Shown here piece after piece: positions 30,838 to 39,786 of a DNA stretch of 64,000 bases (its first letter is position 1; each line of letters begins with the position of its first letter). Where the stretch lies: contig OZ245838.1 of the NCBI GenBank assembly GCA_965228735.1, forward strand, positions 2,912,001 to 2,976,000, in the 5' to 3' direction. This stretch comes from Planctomycetota bacterium. Lineage in GTDB: Bacteria; Planctomycetota; UBA1135; UBA2386. The notes under the pieces are model-generated. The model searched no databases. It saw only the letters and a program-made list of their open reading frames with translations, and was not told the DNA's origin. Both the position numbers and the translations under genes were made by a program.

Positions 30838-32559
30838 CTACAGGTTCTGGTAGTTCGGGCCGCCGCCGCCCTCGGGCGTGACCCAGTTGATCACCTGGTA
30901 GGGATCCATGATGTCGCACGTCTTGCAGTGCACGCAGTTGCTCGCGTTGATCTTGAGGTCGATGCCGTGCTTGCTGCCCGACTTCTCCTCCATCTCGTAG
31001 ACCGCGGCCGGGCAGAAGTGCTGGCACGGGTTGCCGAACTCCTCGACGCACCGCGTCGAGCACAGGTCCGGCTGCGTCACGACGAGGTGACACGGCTGAT
31101 CCTCCTCGTGCATCGTGCCCGAGCTGTAGACCGACGTGAGCTTGTCGAACGTGAGGTTGCCGTCCTCGGCGAGCTTGCTCGGCTCGGGCTTGCCCGAGTC
31201 GCCGAAGTACTCGGACACCTTCTGCATGTAGGTGTGGCCCGCGTTGCTCTTCAGCTCGTCGGACCAGAACGTGCCCTTGCCAGAGAACAGCTGGGCGAAG
31301 CCCGCGTTCACGAGACCCGCGAGGCGCCCCTTGTGGAACCCCTGGTGGAAGTTGCGGCACGCCCACAGCTCGTCGTGGATCCAGTCCTGGTCCATCGCGT
31401 CGCGGTACGACTTCGTCGCGCTCTCGGAGAAGTCGCCGCTCTTCAGGCACGACACCGCGGTCTCCGCCGCGAGCATGCCGCTGCGCATCGCGAGGTGGAT
31501 GCCCTTGAGCCGCATGCTGTTCATCAGGCCCGTGCTGTCGCCGACGATCACGAAGCCGTCGCCGTAGTTCTTCGGCATCGAGTAGAGCCCGCCCTCGGGC
31601 AGCGACTTCGCGCCGTAGTGCAGCATCTTGCCGCCCTCGAGGAACGCGCGGATCTTCGGGTTGAGCTTCATCCGCTGCAGCTGGCGGTGCGCGTCCATCG
31701 ACGGGTCGGGGCAGTCGAGCCCGACGACCAGACCGATCGACACCATGTTCTTGTCGCCGCCGTCGGTCTCGCCCATGCCGTAGACCCAACCGCCGCCGAA
31801 CGTCTTGCCGTCGAGGGGGTAGCCCATCGTGTGGACGACGAGACCCGGCGCGCACTGCCCCTTGGGCACCTCCCACACCTCCTTGACGCCGATGCCGTAG
31901 ACCTGCGGGTTCTTGCCCTCGAGCTGCAGGTCCGCGATCAGCTGCTTCGTCATCGAGCCGCGGCTGCCCTCGGCGAGCACGACGAGCTTGCTCGCGAGGA
32001 TGCCGCCGAGCTCGTGGTTGCCCTTGGGCTCACCGTTCTTGTCGACGCCCGAGTCCTGCAGCTGGACACCCGTGACCTTGCTGCCCTCGCGCTCGAGCTT
32101 CGCCCCAGGGAAGCCGGGGAAGATCTGGATGCCCTTCTGCTCCGCGATCTCGCCGAGCCACTGCACCATCTTGTTGAGCGAGATGACGAAGTTGCCGTGG
32201 TTCTTCAGCGGCGGCGGCGTGACCGGCAACTTGAAGCCGCCGTTCTGCGTCAACCAGAGAGCGTAGTCGGTGTGGACCTCCGCCTCGAGCGGCGGCTTGG
32301 GGTCCATCTCGCGCCAGCCCGGCAACAGCTGATCCAGCGCCTTCGGATCCATGACCGCACCGGAGAGCGAATGCGCCCCCAATTCGGGCGCTTTTTCGAT
32401 CAAACAAATCTCCGGTTCGAGGGTCTCACCCTGGCCCGAACGCTCGACCTCGGCGTTGTGCGCGTCGATCTGGTTTGCCAGGTGGATCGCCGTGGCAAGG
32501 CCCGCAGGGCCCGCTCCCACGACGACAACGTCGAATTCCATCACATCGCGTTCGGTCAT
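30838..32559 (-). CDS. Electron transfer flavoprotein-ubiquinone oxidoreductase
   Basis: GAGPAG, HSLSGA, KGIHLAMRSG, HEEDQPCHL, FCPAAVYE and NCVHCKTCDI. Confidence 0.96.
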   Translation of the reverse strand: MTERDVMEFDVVVVGAGPAGLATAIHLANQIDAHNAEVERSGQGETLEPEICLIEKAPELGAHSLSGAVMDPKALDQLLPGWREMDPKPPLEAEVHTDYALWLTQNGGFKLPVTPPPLKNHGNFVISLNKMVQWLGEIAEQKGIQIFPGFPGAKLEREGSKVTGVQLQDSGVDKNGEPKGNHELGGILASKLVVLAEGSRGSMTKQLIADLQLEGKNPQVYGIGVKEVWEVPKGQCAPGLVVHTMGYPLDGKTFGGGWVYGMGETDGGDKNMVSIGLVVGLDCPDPSMDAHRQLQRMKLNPKIRAFLEGGKMLHYGAKSLPEGGLYSMPKNYGDGFVIVGDSTGLMNSMRLKGIHLAMRSGMLAAETAVSCLKSGDFSESATKSYRDAMDQDWIHDELWACRNFHQGFHKGRLAGLVNAGFAQLFSGKGTFWSDELKSNAGHTYMQKVSEYFGDSGKPEPSKLAEDGNLTFDKLTSVYSSGTMHEEDQPCHLVVTQPDLCSTRCVEEFGNPCQHFCPAAVYEMEEKSGSKHGIDLKINASNCVHCKTCDIMDPYQVINWVTPEGGGGPNYQNL

Positions 32560-32735
32560 CAGAGATTCATCCGGTCTGCACTTGGTAACCCCAATGCGGA
32601 GTCACACTAAAGAATGTCAGCGGAACGCATGCAACTTCCTGCGGCGTTCCACGTTCTAGACCAGAGAGAAACAGCTCGGCGGACCCCATCGTCCACTGAA
32701 CGGTCAACGGCTACTGCCCCAATCAGGAGGCCATC

Positions 32736-33152
32736 ATGAAGCGCACCTACTCACTTCCCGAAGCGAACCACGCGATGAAGCTCGTGGCCGTCATCGCCGG
32801 TGAGTGGCTCGAGCGCCGTGAACTGCGCCGGACCCTCGATCGCCGCCGCCGGCTGCTGGAGCGCGCCACGACGCCCGAGGGGCTGCGGGACGAGCTCGCC
32901 GAGCTGGATGCCCGCATCTGGGAGCAGGACGAGGGCATCTCGGCCTGTCGCCAGGAGTTCGAGGACCTCGGCATGACGGTCTTCCGCGTCAACCCGCTGA
33001 CGATCCACATTCCGGGCAACAGCAAGAACGGCCCGGTCGTGTTCTGTTGGCAGGAAGGCGAGGGCGACCACGTCTGCTTCGGCCACCCGATCGGCGAAGA
33101 GCAAGAGCAGCGCCGACCGCTCAAGGTCAGGTCGAAGTCGACCGAGGCCTGA
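32736..33152 (+). CDS. DUF2203-like protein
   Basis: AGGAGG RBS; YSLPEAN...coiled coil...VFCWQEGE...H. Confidence 0.75.
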   Translation: MKRTYSLPEANHAMKLVAVIAGEWLERRELRRTLDRRRRLLERATTPEGLRDELAELDARIWEQDEGISACRQEFEDLGMTVFRVNPLTIHIPGNSKNGPVVFCWQEGEGDHVCFGHPIGEEQEQRRPLKVRSKSTEA

Positions 33153-33168
33153 GGTTCGGCGCGGCCAC

Positions 33169-33221
33169 GAGACCGGGCCGTTGAGACCGGGCCACTGAGA
33201 CCGGGCCATTTTGGCCCGGTC
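33169..33221. repeat. 14-bp-period repeat x3 plus an inverted copy (possible bidirectional terminator)
   Basis: GAGACCGGGCC at 33169, 33183 and 33197; GGCCCGGTC at 33213; lies between convergent genes. Confidence 0.8.
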
Positions 33222-33227
33222 GACCGG

Positions 33228-34730
33228 CTACCGGAGTTCGAATTCGACCTCGACTTCGACGCCCGGCAACAGCGCTTCGATGCGCGCCGGCGCCAGTCGC
33301 GCGATCGTCATTCGCAGCAGCGCCAGCCGGTTGGCGGCGCGCAGCGGTTCGAAGTCCTCGGGCGCGAGCACGCTGGCGCCGATCGAGAGCTCGCGCAGCC
33401 CCGGCGCCCGAGCCACGGCCTCGAGATCGCCGCGCTCCGCGCTCTCGAGTTGGACCGTCCGGAGCATCGACGCCTCGGCGAGCGCGGCGGCGAGTTCGGG
33501 CAACATGGGCCAGTGGTGCGTGAACGACGCGATCGGCAGGACACGCAGTAGTTTCGCCTGCGCGCGGTCGACGGCCTGCTGATCGGGCAGCCCGAGTCCG
33601 GGCTCATCGGCGTTGGCTCCGGTGACCACGCCGACGAACGGACCGGCCGCCGTCGTCGACGAGGTCCGGCCGAGCTGCAGGTGCCTGAGGTCCTCGAACC
33701 GGCCGAGGGCTTCGTAGACCGTCGCGTCGGCGTCGGGGCACGCGAGGATCGAGATCCCGGTCAGGGTCGCGGGCAGCGCGGCGATCGCGGCCGCCGAGAC
33801 GGCGCACGTCTCGAGGCGCAGTTCGCAAAGCTCCGGCAGGTCGGCGAGCGCGGCCGCGACCGCGGGCGACAACCCGGGTGAGCTCTGGATCCGGCGGCGA
33901 CGCTCGTTGCGGACGAGCTCCCAGTCGGCCGGGGGCTCCCCGGCCTGGAAGACCGCGCCGACCGCGTCGACGCCGATGGCCGCTTTCGGCACCCCGACGA
34001 CCTCGGGCATGCGGCCGAGCCGCACGGCGACCGGCTGCGCACCCAGCCGCTCGAGCTGCAGCCGCCGCAGGGACCGCAGGTTCCGCAGTTCGCCCAGGAC
34101 CTCCTCGGAACACCCGCCGAGATTGCCGAGCGTCAGCGAACGCAGGCTCGGCAGCAGACCGAGCGCCCGGATCGCGGTGCGGTCGACGCGGCCACCCTCG
34201 CCGAGCACCGACCCCGTGATCGAGAGGCCGACGAGGTGCGGCAGCTCCTGCAGCGCCGTGACGTCGGCGATCGTCAGCGCACGCATCACCGAGAGCTGGA
34301 GGAAGCGCAGCTTCGGGGCGTCGCGCAGCGGCCGCAGAACCTCGGGTCCGAGTTCGGGCGGCACGACCAGGTGCAGCACGGCGAGCGCGGGCAACTTCGC
34401 GACCGGCGCGAGGAAGTCCGCCGGGTAGTCCGCGCCGTCGGCCTTGCAGTCGAGGCTCAGGTGCAGTTCGACGAGTTCGGTATACGGCTCGAGGACCTCG
34501 AGCGTGCCGCTCTCACGGACCGGGCAGGACATGCCGATTCCGCGCGCGTCGACCTTGGGCGGCATGCCGCCACTCCCGACCGACCAACCGTGGACCCCAC
34601 CGATACGCGGCGGGTCGAGATCCGCCGCCGCGTCGCGTTGCGCGCCGGGGCGATCCTGCGCGGCCGGCGCTGCGATCAGCATCGCGAGGGCGACGAGTGA
34701 CGACAGCCGGCGAACGATGGGTGCGTGCAC
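33228..34730 (-). CDS. Secreted leucine-rich-repeat protein
   Basis: Signal peptide ending PAAQ; repeated LxxLPxLxxLxL units. Confidence 0.85.
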   Translation of the reverse strand: MHAPIVRRLSSLVALAMLIAAPAAQDRPGAQRDAAADLDPPRIGGVHGWSVGSGGMPPKVDARGIGMSCPVRESGTLEVLEPYTELVELHLSLDCKADGADYPADFLAPVAKLPALAVLHLVVPPELGPEVLRPLRDAPKLRFLQLSVMRALTIADVTALQELPHLVGLSITGSVLGEGGRVDRTAIRALGLLPSLRSLTLGNLGGCSEEVLGELRNLRSLRRLQLERLGAQPVAVRLGRMPEVVGVPKAAIGVDAVGAVFQAGEPPADWELVRNERRRRIQSSPGLSPAVAAALADLPELCELRLETCAVSAAAIAALPATLTGISILACPDADATVYEALGRFEDLRHLQLGRTSSTTAAGPFVGVVTGANADEPGLGLPDQQAVDRAQAKLLRVLPIASFTHHWPMLPELAAALAEASMLRTVQLESAERGDLEAVARAPGLRELSIGASVLAPEDFEPLRAANRLALLRMTIARLAPARIEALLPGVEVEVEFELR

Positions 34731-34787
34731 GCCGCCATCGTTCGGGGATCCCGTGCGGGCGGCAAGACCCCGACGTCAGGAGCACGG

Positions 34788-36284
34788 TCAGTTCTCGACG
34801 ATCACCCGCACCCCGGGCAGCTGTTCGCGAAGCCAGGCCGGGCCGGCCGATCCTCCGACCGTCCAGCGCAGACGCAGCTCCTGCAACGACTTCGCCCGCT
34901 GCAGGGGCTCGACCTGGAATCGCCCGCACGAGATCAGCTCCAGTCGGGTCAACGCGGGCGCGGCGGCCGCGGCCTCGATCGTCGTGCCGCCGGCGTGTTC
35001 GAGTTCGATGCTCACGAGGCTCGCCGCATCAGCGAGCGCGGCCGCGAGCTCGACGGGCATCGGGTATTCGTAGCGCAGCTCCGTGATCGGCACGGTGCGC
35101 ACGAGCTTGGCGAGGGCGCGGAAGACGGGCTCCTGAGGCGGCATGTCGAACTTCTCGGCTTCCTCGGGCGTCGGCGGCGCGCCCATCGGGGTCGTGAACG
35201 GACGGGCCGGGATCGCGCGGCTGAACCCAACGCGTCGCAGGTTCGGCAACGCCGCGATCGCCTCGATCACATCGGCACCGGCGTCCGGCGCGAGGGTGAG
35301 TTCGAAGCCCGAGAGCCGCTCGGGCAGCGCGCGGATCGCCGCAGCGGAAACCGCGACCGACTCGAACCGGATCTCGTCGAGCAGCGGCAGTTCGGCCAAC
35401 ACGCGCGCGAGTTCGACGGTCAGGCCACTCGAACCCGGCGCCGGCTTCCAGCCCAGTCGGGTCGCGGCGGGTTGCGGGCCCATCAACGTGAGTTCGAGGC
35501 GGCGCAACCGATGGAACGCCCGAAGCTCGGTCAGCGCGGTCGCGTCACAACCGGCGAGCGCGTTCAGACCCAGCGCCCGCAGCCGCGGCAGGTCGGCGAG
35601 CCGCCGCAACACCTTGGCGTCGACGCCACTGTGTGCCCCCGCGGTCACGCCACGCAACTCGAGCCGCACGATCTTCTCGAGTCGGCAAAGTACGTCGACG
35701 TCCGCGTTGGTCAGCGGCCGCGCGAGGTTGAGCGTGAGGTAGCGCAGCTGCGACAGCTGTGACAGTGCCGCGAGCTCGACGGCCTCGAGCCCGGGTGGCA
35801 CCGCGAGTTCGACATGCTCGAGTCGCGGCAACTCCGCGAGCGGCGCGAGCAGGTCGTCGGCGAACTCGCCGCCATCGCCGAGCATGAGGTTCAGGAACCG
35901 CAGTTTCGTGCACCCCGCCAGCGCGTTGAGATCGCTGTCGTAGAGCCGGTAGAGCAGGCTCTCGGGGTCACCGGTGAGCTCCACGCCGCGTTGGACCACC
36001 GCGACGATCGGCAACGGTCGCGGGGCATCGAGTTCCGCCGGCGACTGCAGCTCGTGAAGGCCACCCGAGCCACCCTGCAACGCCACGGCGACGGTGATCG
36101 TGAGCGCGAAGATCACGACGGCAGCCGCGAGCCAACCGCTCCAGGCGGCGTTCACCCGGGCAACTCCGACGGGCGCCGTCACGTTGTCGATATCGACGTC
36201 CAATGCCGCCGCGAGTTCACTGTCGAACAGGCGCTCCTCGGCCGCTGCCCGGAGCCGTTCGTCCGTCGTGGTATCACTCGTCAT
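34788..36284 (-). CDS. Putative anti-sigma factor: short N-terminus, TM helix, LRR domain
   Basis: ATGA overlap with the upstream ECF gene; WLAAAVVIFALTITVAVAL TM; LRRs. Confidence 0.8.
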   Translation of the reverse strand: MTSDTTTDERLRAAAEERLFDSELAAALDVDIDNVTAPVGVARVNAAWSGWLAAAVVIFALTITVAVALQGGSGGLHELQSPAELDAPRPLPIVAVVQRGVELTGDPESLLYRLYDSDLNALAGCTKLRFLNLMLGDGGEFADDLLAPLAELPRLEHVELAVPPGLEAVELAALSQLSQLRYLTLNLARPLTNADVDVLCRLEKIVRLELRGVTAGAHSGVDAKVLRRLADLPRLRALGLNALAGCDATALTELRAFHRLRRLELTLMGPQPAATRLGWKPAPGSSGLTVELARVLAELPLLDEIRFESVAVSAAAIRALPERLSGFELTLAPDAGADVIEAIAALPNLRRVGFSRAIPARPFTTPMGAPPTPEEAEKFDMPPQEPVFRALAKLVRTVPITELRYEYPMPVELAAALADAASLVSIELEHAGGTTIEAAAAAPALTRLELISCGRFQVEPLQRAKSLQELRLRWTVGGSAGPAWLREQLPGVRVIVEN

Positions 36285-36790
36285 CCGTTCTTCCTCCGTG
36301 ATCCGAGCCGGCGCTCCACGCACTCCTTGAGCCCATCACGCACGCGCCGCAGCGCCGACTTCACGCCTTCGGGCCGTAGATCGAACTCGCGCGCGAGCGC
36401 GGTGCGATCCGCGCCATCGCGATAGCGCCGGTCGAGCAGCTGGCGGCTGATCGCCGGCAGGCCGTCGACGCACGCGCGCAGCGCCGCGACCCGATCGTCG
36501 CCGTCACCGTCTCCGCAGCGCTCGCGCCACACCTGATCGGCGAGCTCGACCTCGCGCCGCTGGGCAGCGGTCGTCCGCTCCCGCAGCACGAGGTTGCGCG
36601 CGATCCCGCGCAGGAACGCGCCGCTGCGCTCCGGGTCCGCGTCCTGTTCGATCTTCTGCAGCGCCACGACGATCGCGTCCTGCACCAGATCGTCGACGCG
36701 ATCGGCCCGCACCCCGAGCACGAACAGATACCGCCGCAGCATCGGGCGGTGCGCTGCGAGCGTTTCGCGAGGATCGGACACGACCGTCAT
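36281..36790 (-). CDS. ECF sigma factor
   Basis: DDLVQD, AFLRGIARN and GVKSALRRVRDGLKECVERR. Confidence 0.9.
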   Translation of the reverse strand: MTVVSDPRETLAAHRPMLRRYLFVLGVRADRVDDLVQDAIVVALQKIEQDADPERSGAFLRGIARNLVLRERTTAAQRREVELADQVWRERCGDGDGDDRVAALRACVDGLPAISRQLLDRRYRDGADRTALAREFDLRPEGVKSALRRVRDGLKECVERRLGSRRKNG

Positions 36791-36895
36791 CGTTCCCTGG
36801 GTTCTCACGAGTAGCCCGAACGGGGTCGAGAAATCCGGCCCTCGCCACGCCCCCGCCAGCCCGCTACCTTCGCCGGCCCCCCCGACCCCGCCCCG

Positions 36896-37201
36896 ATGTT
36901 CCACTGCGTCATCCTGTTCCAGCTCAAGCCCGACATCGCGCTCGATCGCGTGCGCGCCGCGCGTGAGGCGCTGCAGGACCTCGTCGAGACGATGCCCGGC
37001 GTCGAGCACCTCACCGTCACGCACAACCTCGCGAAGGATCGGGCCGGGTTCAACCTGGTGCTGTTCTCGGGGTTCGAGAGCAAGGACGCGTGTGACATCT
37101 TCCTGCGGCACCCCGAGTACGTGCGGGTCCGCGAGGAAGACCTCGGGCCGATCATCGAATCGCATCTGATGGCGCAGGGCGGCGACGACGACACGATCTG
37201 A
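36896..37201 (+). CDS. Dabb family (stress-responsive A/B barrel) protein
   Basis: HCVILFQLK...MPGV...FES...HPEY. Confidence 0.85.
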   Translation: MFHCVILFQLKPDIALDRVRAAREALQDLVETMPGVEHLTVTHNLAKDRAGFNLVLFSGFESKDACDIFLRHPEYVRVREEDLGPIIESHLMAQGGDDDTI

Positions 37202-37244
37202 CGCCGTGGCTTGAAAGCGGCCGGGCCGCGGCTGGAATGGGTCG

Positions 37245-38234
37245 ATGAGCCAAGTGAAACGTGTCGCTGTCACCGGTGCCGCCGGGCAGATCGGTTATTC
37301 GCTGCTGCCGATGATCGCCGAGGGCGGCATCTTCGGCCCCGACGTCGAGGTCCACCTCCAGCTCCTCGAGATCACGCCGGTCCTGCCGGCGCTCGAAGGC
37401 GTCAAGATGGAGCTCGAGGACACGGCGTACCCGCTGCTGCGCAGCATCACGTGCAGCGACGATGCGAAGGTCGCGTTCAAGGATACGGATCTCTGTCTGC
37501 TCGTCGGCAGCAAGCCGCGCGGGCCGGGCATGGAGCGCAAGGACCTGCTGCAGGACAACGGCAAGATCTTCATCGGCCAGGGTCAGGCGATCGCCGAGGC
37601 CGCCGGGCCCGACGTGCGCGTCGTCGTCGTCGGCAACCCGTGCAACACCAATTGTCTGATCGCGATGCACAACGCCGCGGGCGTGCCGTCGGATCGCTTC
37701 ACCGCGATGACGCGCCTCGACCAGAACCGCGCAAAGGCGCAGCTCGCCAACAAGGCGGGCAAGCACTGGTCCGAAGTGAAGAACGTCACGATCTGGGGCA
37801 ACCACAGCAACACGCAGTACCCCGACTGGCACCACGCGACGATCGCGGGGCAGCCGGCCGCCGCGGCCGTCAACGACGAGGCGTGGCTGCAGGGCGAGTT
37901 CATGAAGACCGTCCAGGAGCGCGGCAAGGCGATCATCAACGCGCGCGGCAAGTCCTCGGCGATGTCCGCGGCGAAGGCGGCGTGCGATCACGCGCAGAGC
38001 CTGTTCCACACGACGACCAAGGACGACTGGGCGTCGCTCTGCGTCGTCAGCGACGGCAGCTACGGCACGCCCGAGGGCATCATCAGCGGCTTCCCGTGCA
38101 CGACGGACGGCAAGGGCAACTGGGAGATCGTCCAGGGCCTCGAGATGAACGAGTTCAGTCAGGAGAAGGCCAAGGTCACCTGGGACGAGCTCGTCTCCGA
38201 GCGCGAGATGGTCAAGGACCTGCTCGGCAGCTGA
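37245..38234 (+). CDS. mdh: Malate dehydrogenase
   Basis: [42 protein letters not shown] and IWGNHS. Confidence 0.97.
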   Translation: MSQVKRVAVTGAAGQIGYSLLPMIAEGGIFGPDVEVHLQLLEITPVLPALEGVKMELEDTAYPLLRSITCSDDAKVAFKDTDLCLLVGSKPRGPGMERKDLLQDNGKIFIGQGQAIAEAAGPDVRVVVVGNPCNTNCLIAMHNAAGVPSDRFTAMTRLDQNRAKAQLANKAGKHWSEVKNVTIWGNHSNTQYPDWHHATIAGQPAAAAVNDEAWLQGEFMKTVQERGKAIINARGKSSAMSAAKAACDHAQSLFHTTTKDDWASLCVVSDGSYGTPEGIISGFPCTTDGKGNWEIVQGLEMNEFSQEKAKVTWDELVSEREMVKDLLGS

Positions 38235-38238
38235 GTCG

Positions 38239-38997
38239 ATGATCCTCGCCATCGCGATCACCATCCTGCTCGGGATCGCGATGGGCGCGATCAACAACCT
38301 CGCCGGCGGCGCGGGTGTGCTCGGGCTGATCGCGTTCGAGTATCTGTGGGGCCTGCCGCTCGTGGAGGCCAACCCGTCGACCCGCATCGCCGCGGTCGCC
38401 ATCGGCAGCTTCGCGGCGCTCGGCTTCTTCCGCGCCGGCCACCGCGTGCCGCTGCGCGCGTGGCTGCAGGGCCTCGCCGCGGTGCCCGGCGCGATCGCGG
38501 GCGCGCAGCTCGCGACGCGCCTGCCCGACATCGTCTTCCGCAGCTATCTCGCGGTGATCCTCGTGCTGCTGCTGATCCAGCAGCTCATGCCCCAGAAGGC
38601 GACCGAGGGCGGCACGGCCCGCCCGAAGTGGCTCGCATTCCTCGGCTGCTTCTTCATCGGCGCGCACATGGGCTACGCCCAGGTCGGCACCGGGCTCGTC
38701 GCGACGTTCGTCCTCGTCGGCGTGTACCAGCGCGACCTCGTCGCGGTGCTCGCGGCCAAGGCCGCGGTCGTGATCCTGACGTCCACGACGAGTGCGGCCG
38801 TGTTCATCGCGGCGGACGCGATCGACTGGTCGCCGGCCCTCGCGCTCGCCGTCGGCTGCGGTCTCGGCAGCTACCTCGCGAGCCATTGGGGCGTGAAGAA
38901 GGGCACGGCCGCGATCCGCCGGGTCGTCATCGTCATCGCCGCGCTGTGCCTCGCCGATCAGCTGCGGCACATCGTCGTCGCGATCGTCGCCGCCTGA
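38239..38997 (+). CDS. TauE/SafE sulfite exporter family protein
   Basis: GAINNLAGGAG; about 8 TM helices. Confidence 0.85.
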   Translation: MILAIAITILLGIAMGAINNLAGGAGVLGLIAFEYLWGLPLVEANPSTRIAAVAIGSFAALGFFRAGHRVPLRAWLQGLAAVPGAIAGAQLATRLPDIVFRSYLAVILVLLLIQQLMPQKATEGGTARPKWLAFLGCFFIGAHMGYAQVGTGLVATFVLVGVYQRDLVAVLAAKAAVVILTSTTSAAVFIAADAIDWSPALALAVGCGLGSYLASHWGVKKGTAAIRRVVIVIAALCLADQLRHIVVAIVAA

Positions 38998-39012
38998 CGT
39001 ATCGTCGGCGCC

Positions 39013-39780
39013 ATGAGCCGTCACGTCGTCATCACCGGCAGCAGCTCCGGCATCGGCCGCGCCTGCGCCATCCAGTTCGGCAAGCTCGGGGATCGCCTGT
39101 CGCTCGGCGCGCGCCGGGCCGAGCGCCTCGACGAGGTCGCTGCCGCCGCCGCGGCGGCGCCGGGTGCGGCCAAGGAGAACCCGTTCTGCAGGGCGCTCGA
39201 CGTCACGGATCCCGCGAGCGTGACCGCGTTCGTCGAAGGCGCGATCGCGGCGCACGGCCCGATCGACGTGCTCGTGAACAACGCCGGTCTCGCGCGCGGC
39301 ACGGAGACGATCGCCGAGGGCACGGGCGTCGCGTGGCGCGAGATGATCGAGACCAACGTGGTCGGGTTGCTCGAGGTCACGCGGCGTGTCCTGCCCGGCA
39401 TGATCGAGCGCGAGCAGGGCCAGGTCGTCGTGATCGGCTCGATCGCGGGGCACAAGGCGTATCCGGGCGGCGGCGTCTACTGCGGCAGCAAGCGCGCGCT
39501 GCAGCCGATCTGCGAGGCGATCCGGATGGAGACGCTCGGCAAGGGCATCCGCGTGACGAGCGTCGACCCCGGCATGGTCGACACCGAGTTCTCGATCGTG
39601 CGCTTCGCGGGCGACGAGGAGAAGGCCAGGAAGGTCTACGAGGGCACGCAGCCGCTCGTCGCCGACGACGTCGCCGAGTGCGTCGTGTTCGCGGCGTCCC
39701 GCCCCCCGCACGTCAACCTCGACACGATCCTCGTGATGCCGACGCACCAGGCGTCGCCGTATCACGTGCACCGCGAGTAG
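39013..39780 (+). CDS. SDR oxidoreductase (YdfG-like)
   Basis: TGSSSGIG, NNAG, YCGSK and PGMVDTEF. Confidence 0.92.
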   Translation: MSRHVVITGSSSGIGRACAIQFGKLGDRLSLGARRAERLDEVAAAAAAAPGAAKENPFCRALDVTDPASVTAFVEGAIAAHGPIDVLVNNAGLARGTETIAEGTGVAWREMIETNVVGLLEVTRRVLPGMIEREQGQVVVIGSIAGHKAYPGGGVYCGSKRALQPICEAIRMETLGKGIRVTSVDPGMVDTEFSIVRFAGDEEKARKVYEGTQPLVADDVAECVVFAASRPPHVNLDTILVMPTHQASPYHVHRE

Positions 39781-39786
39781 CGGCCG

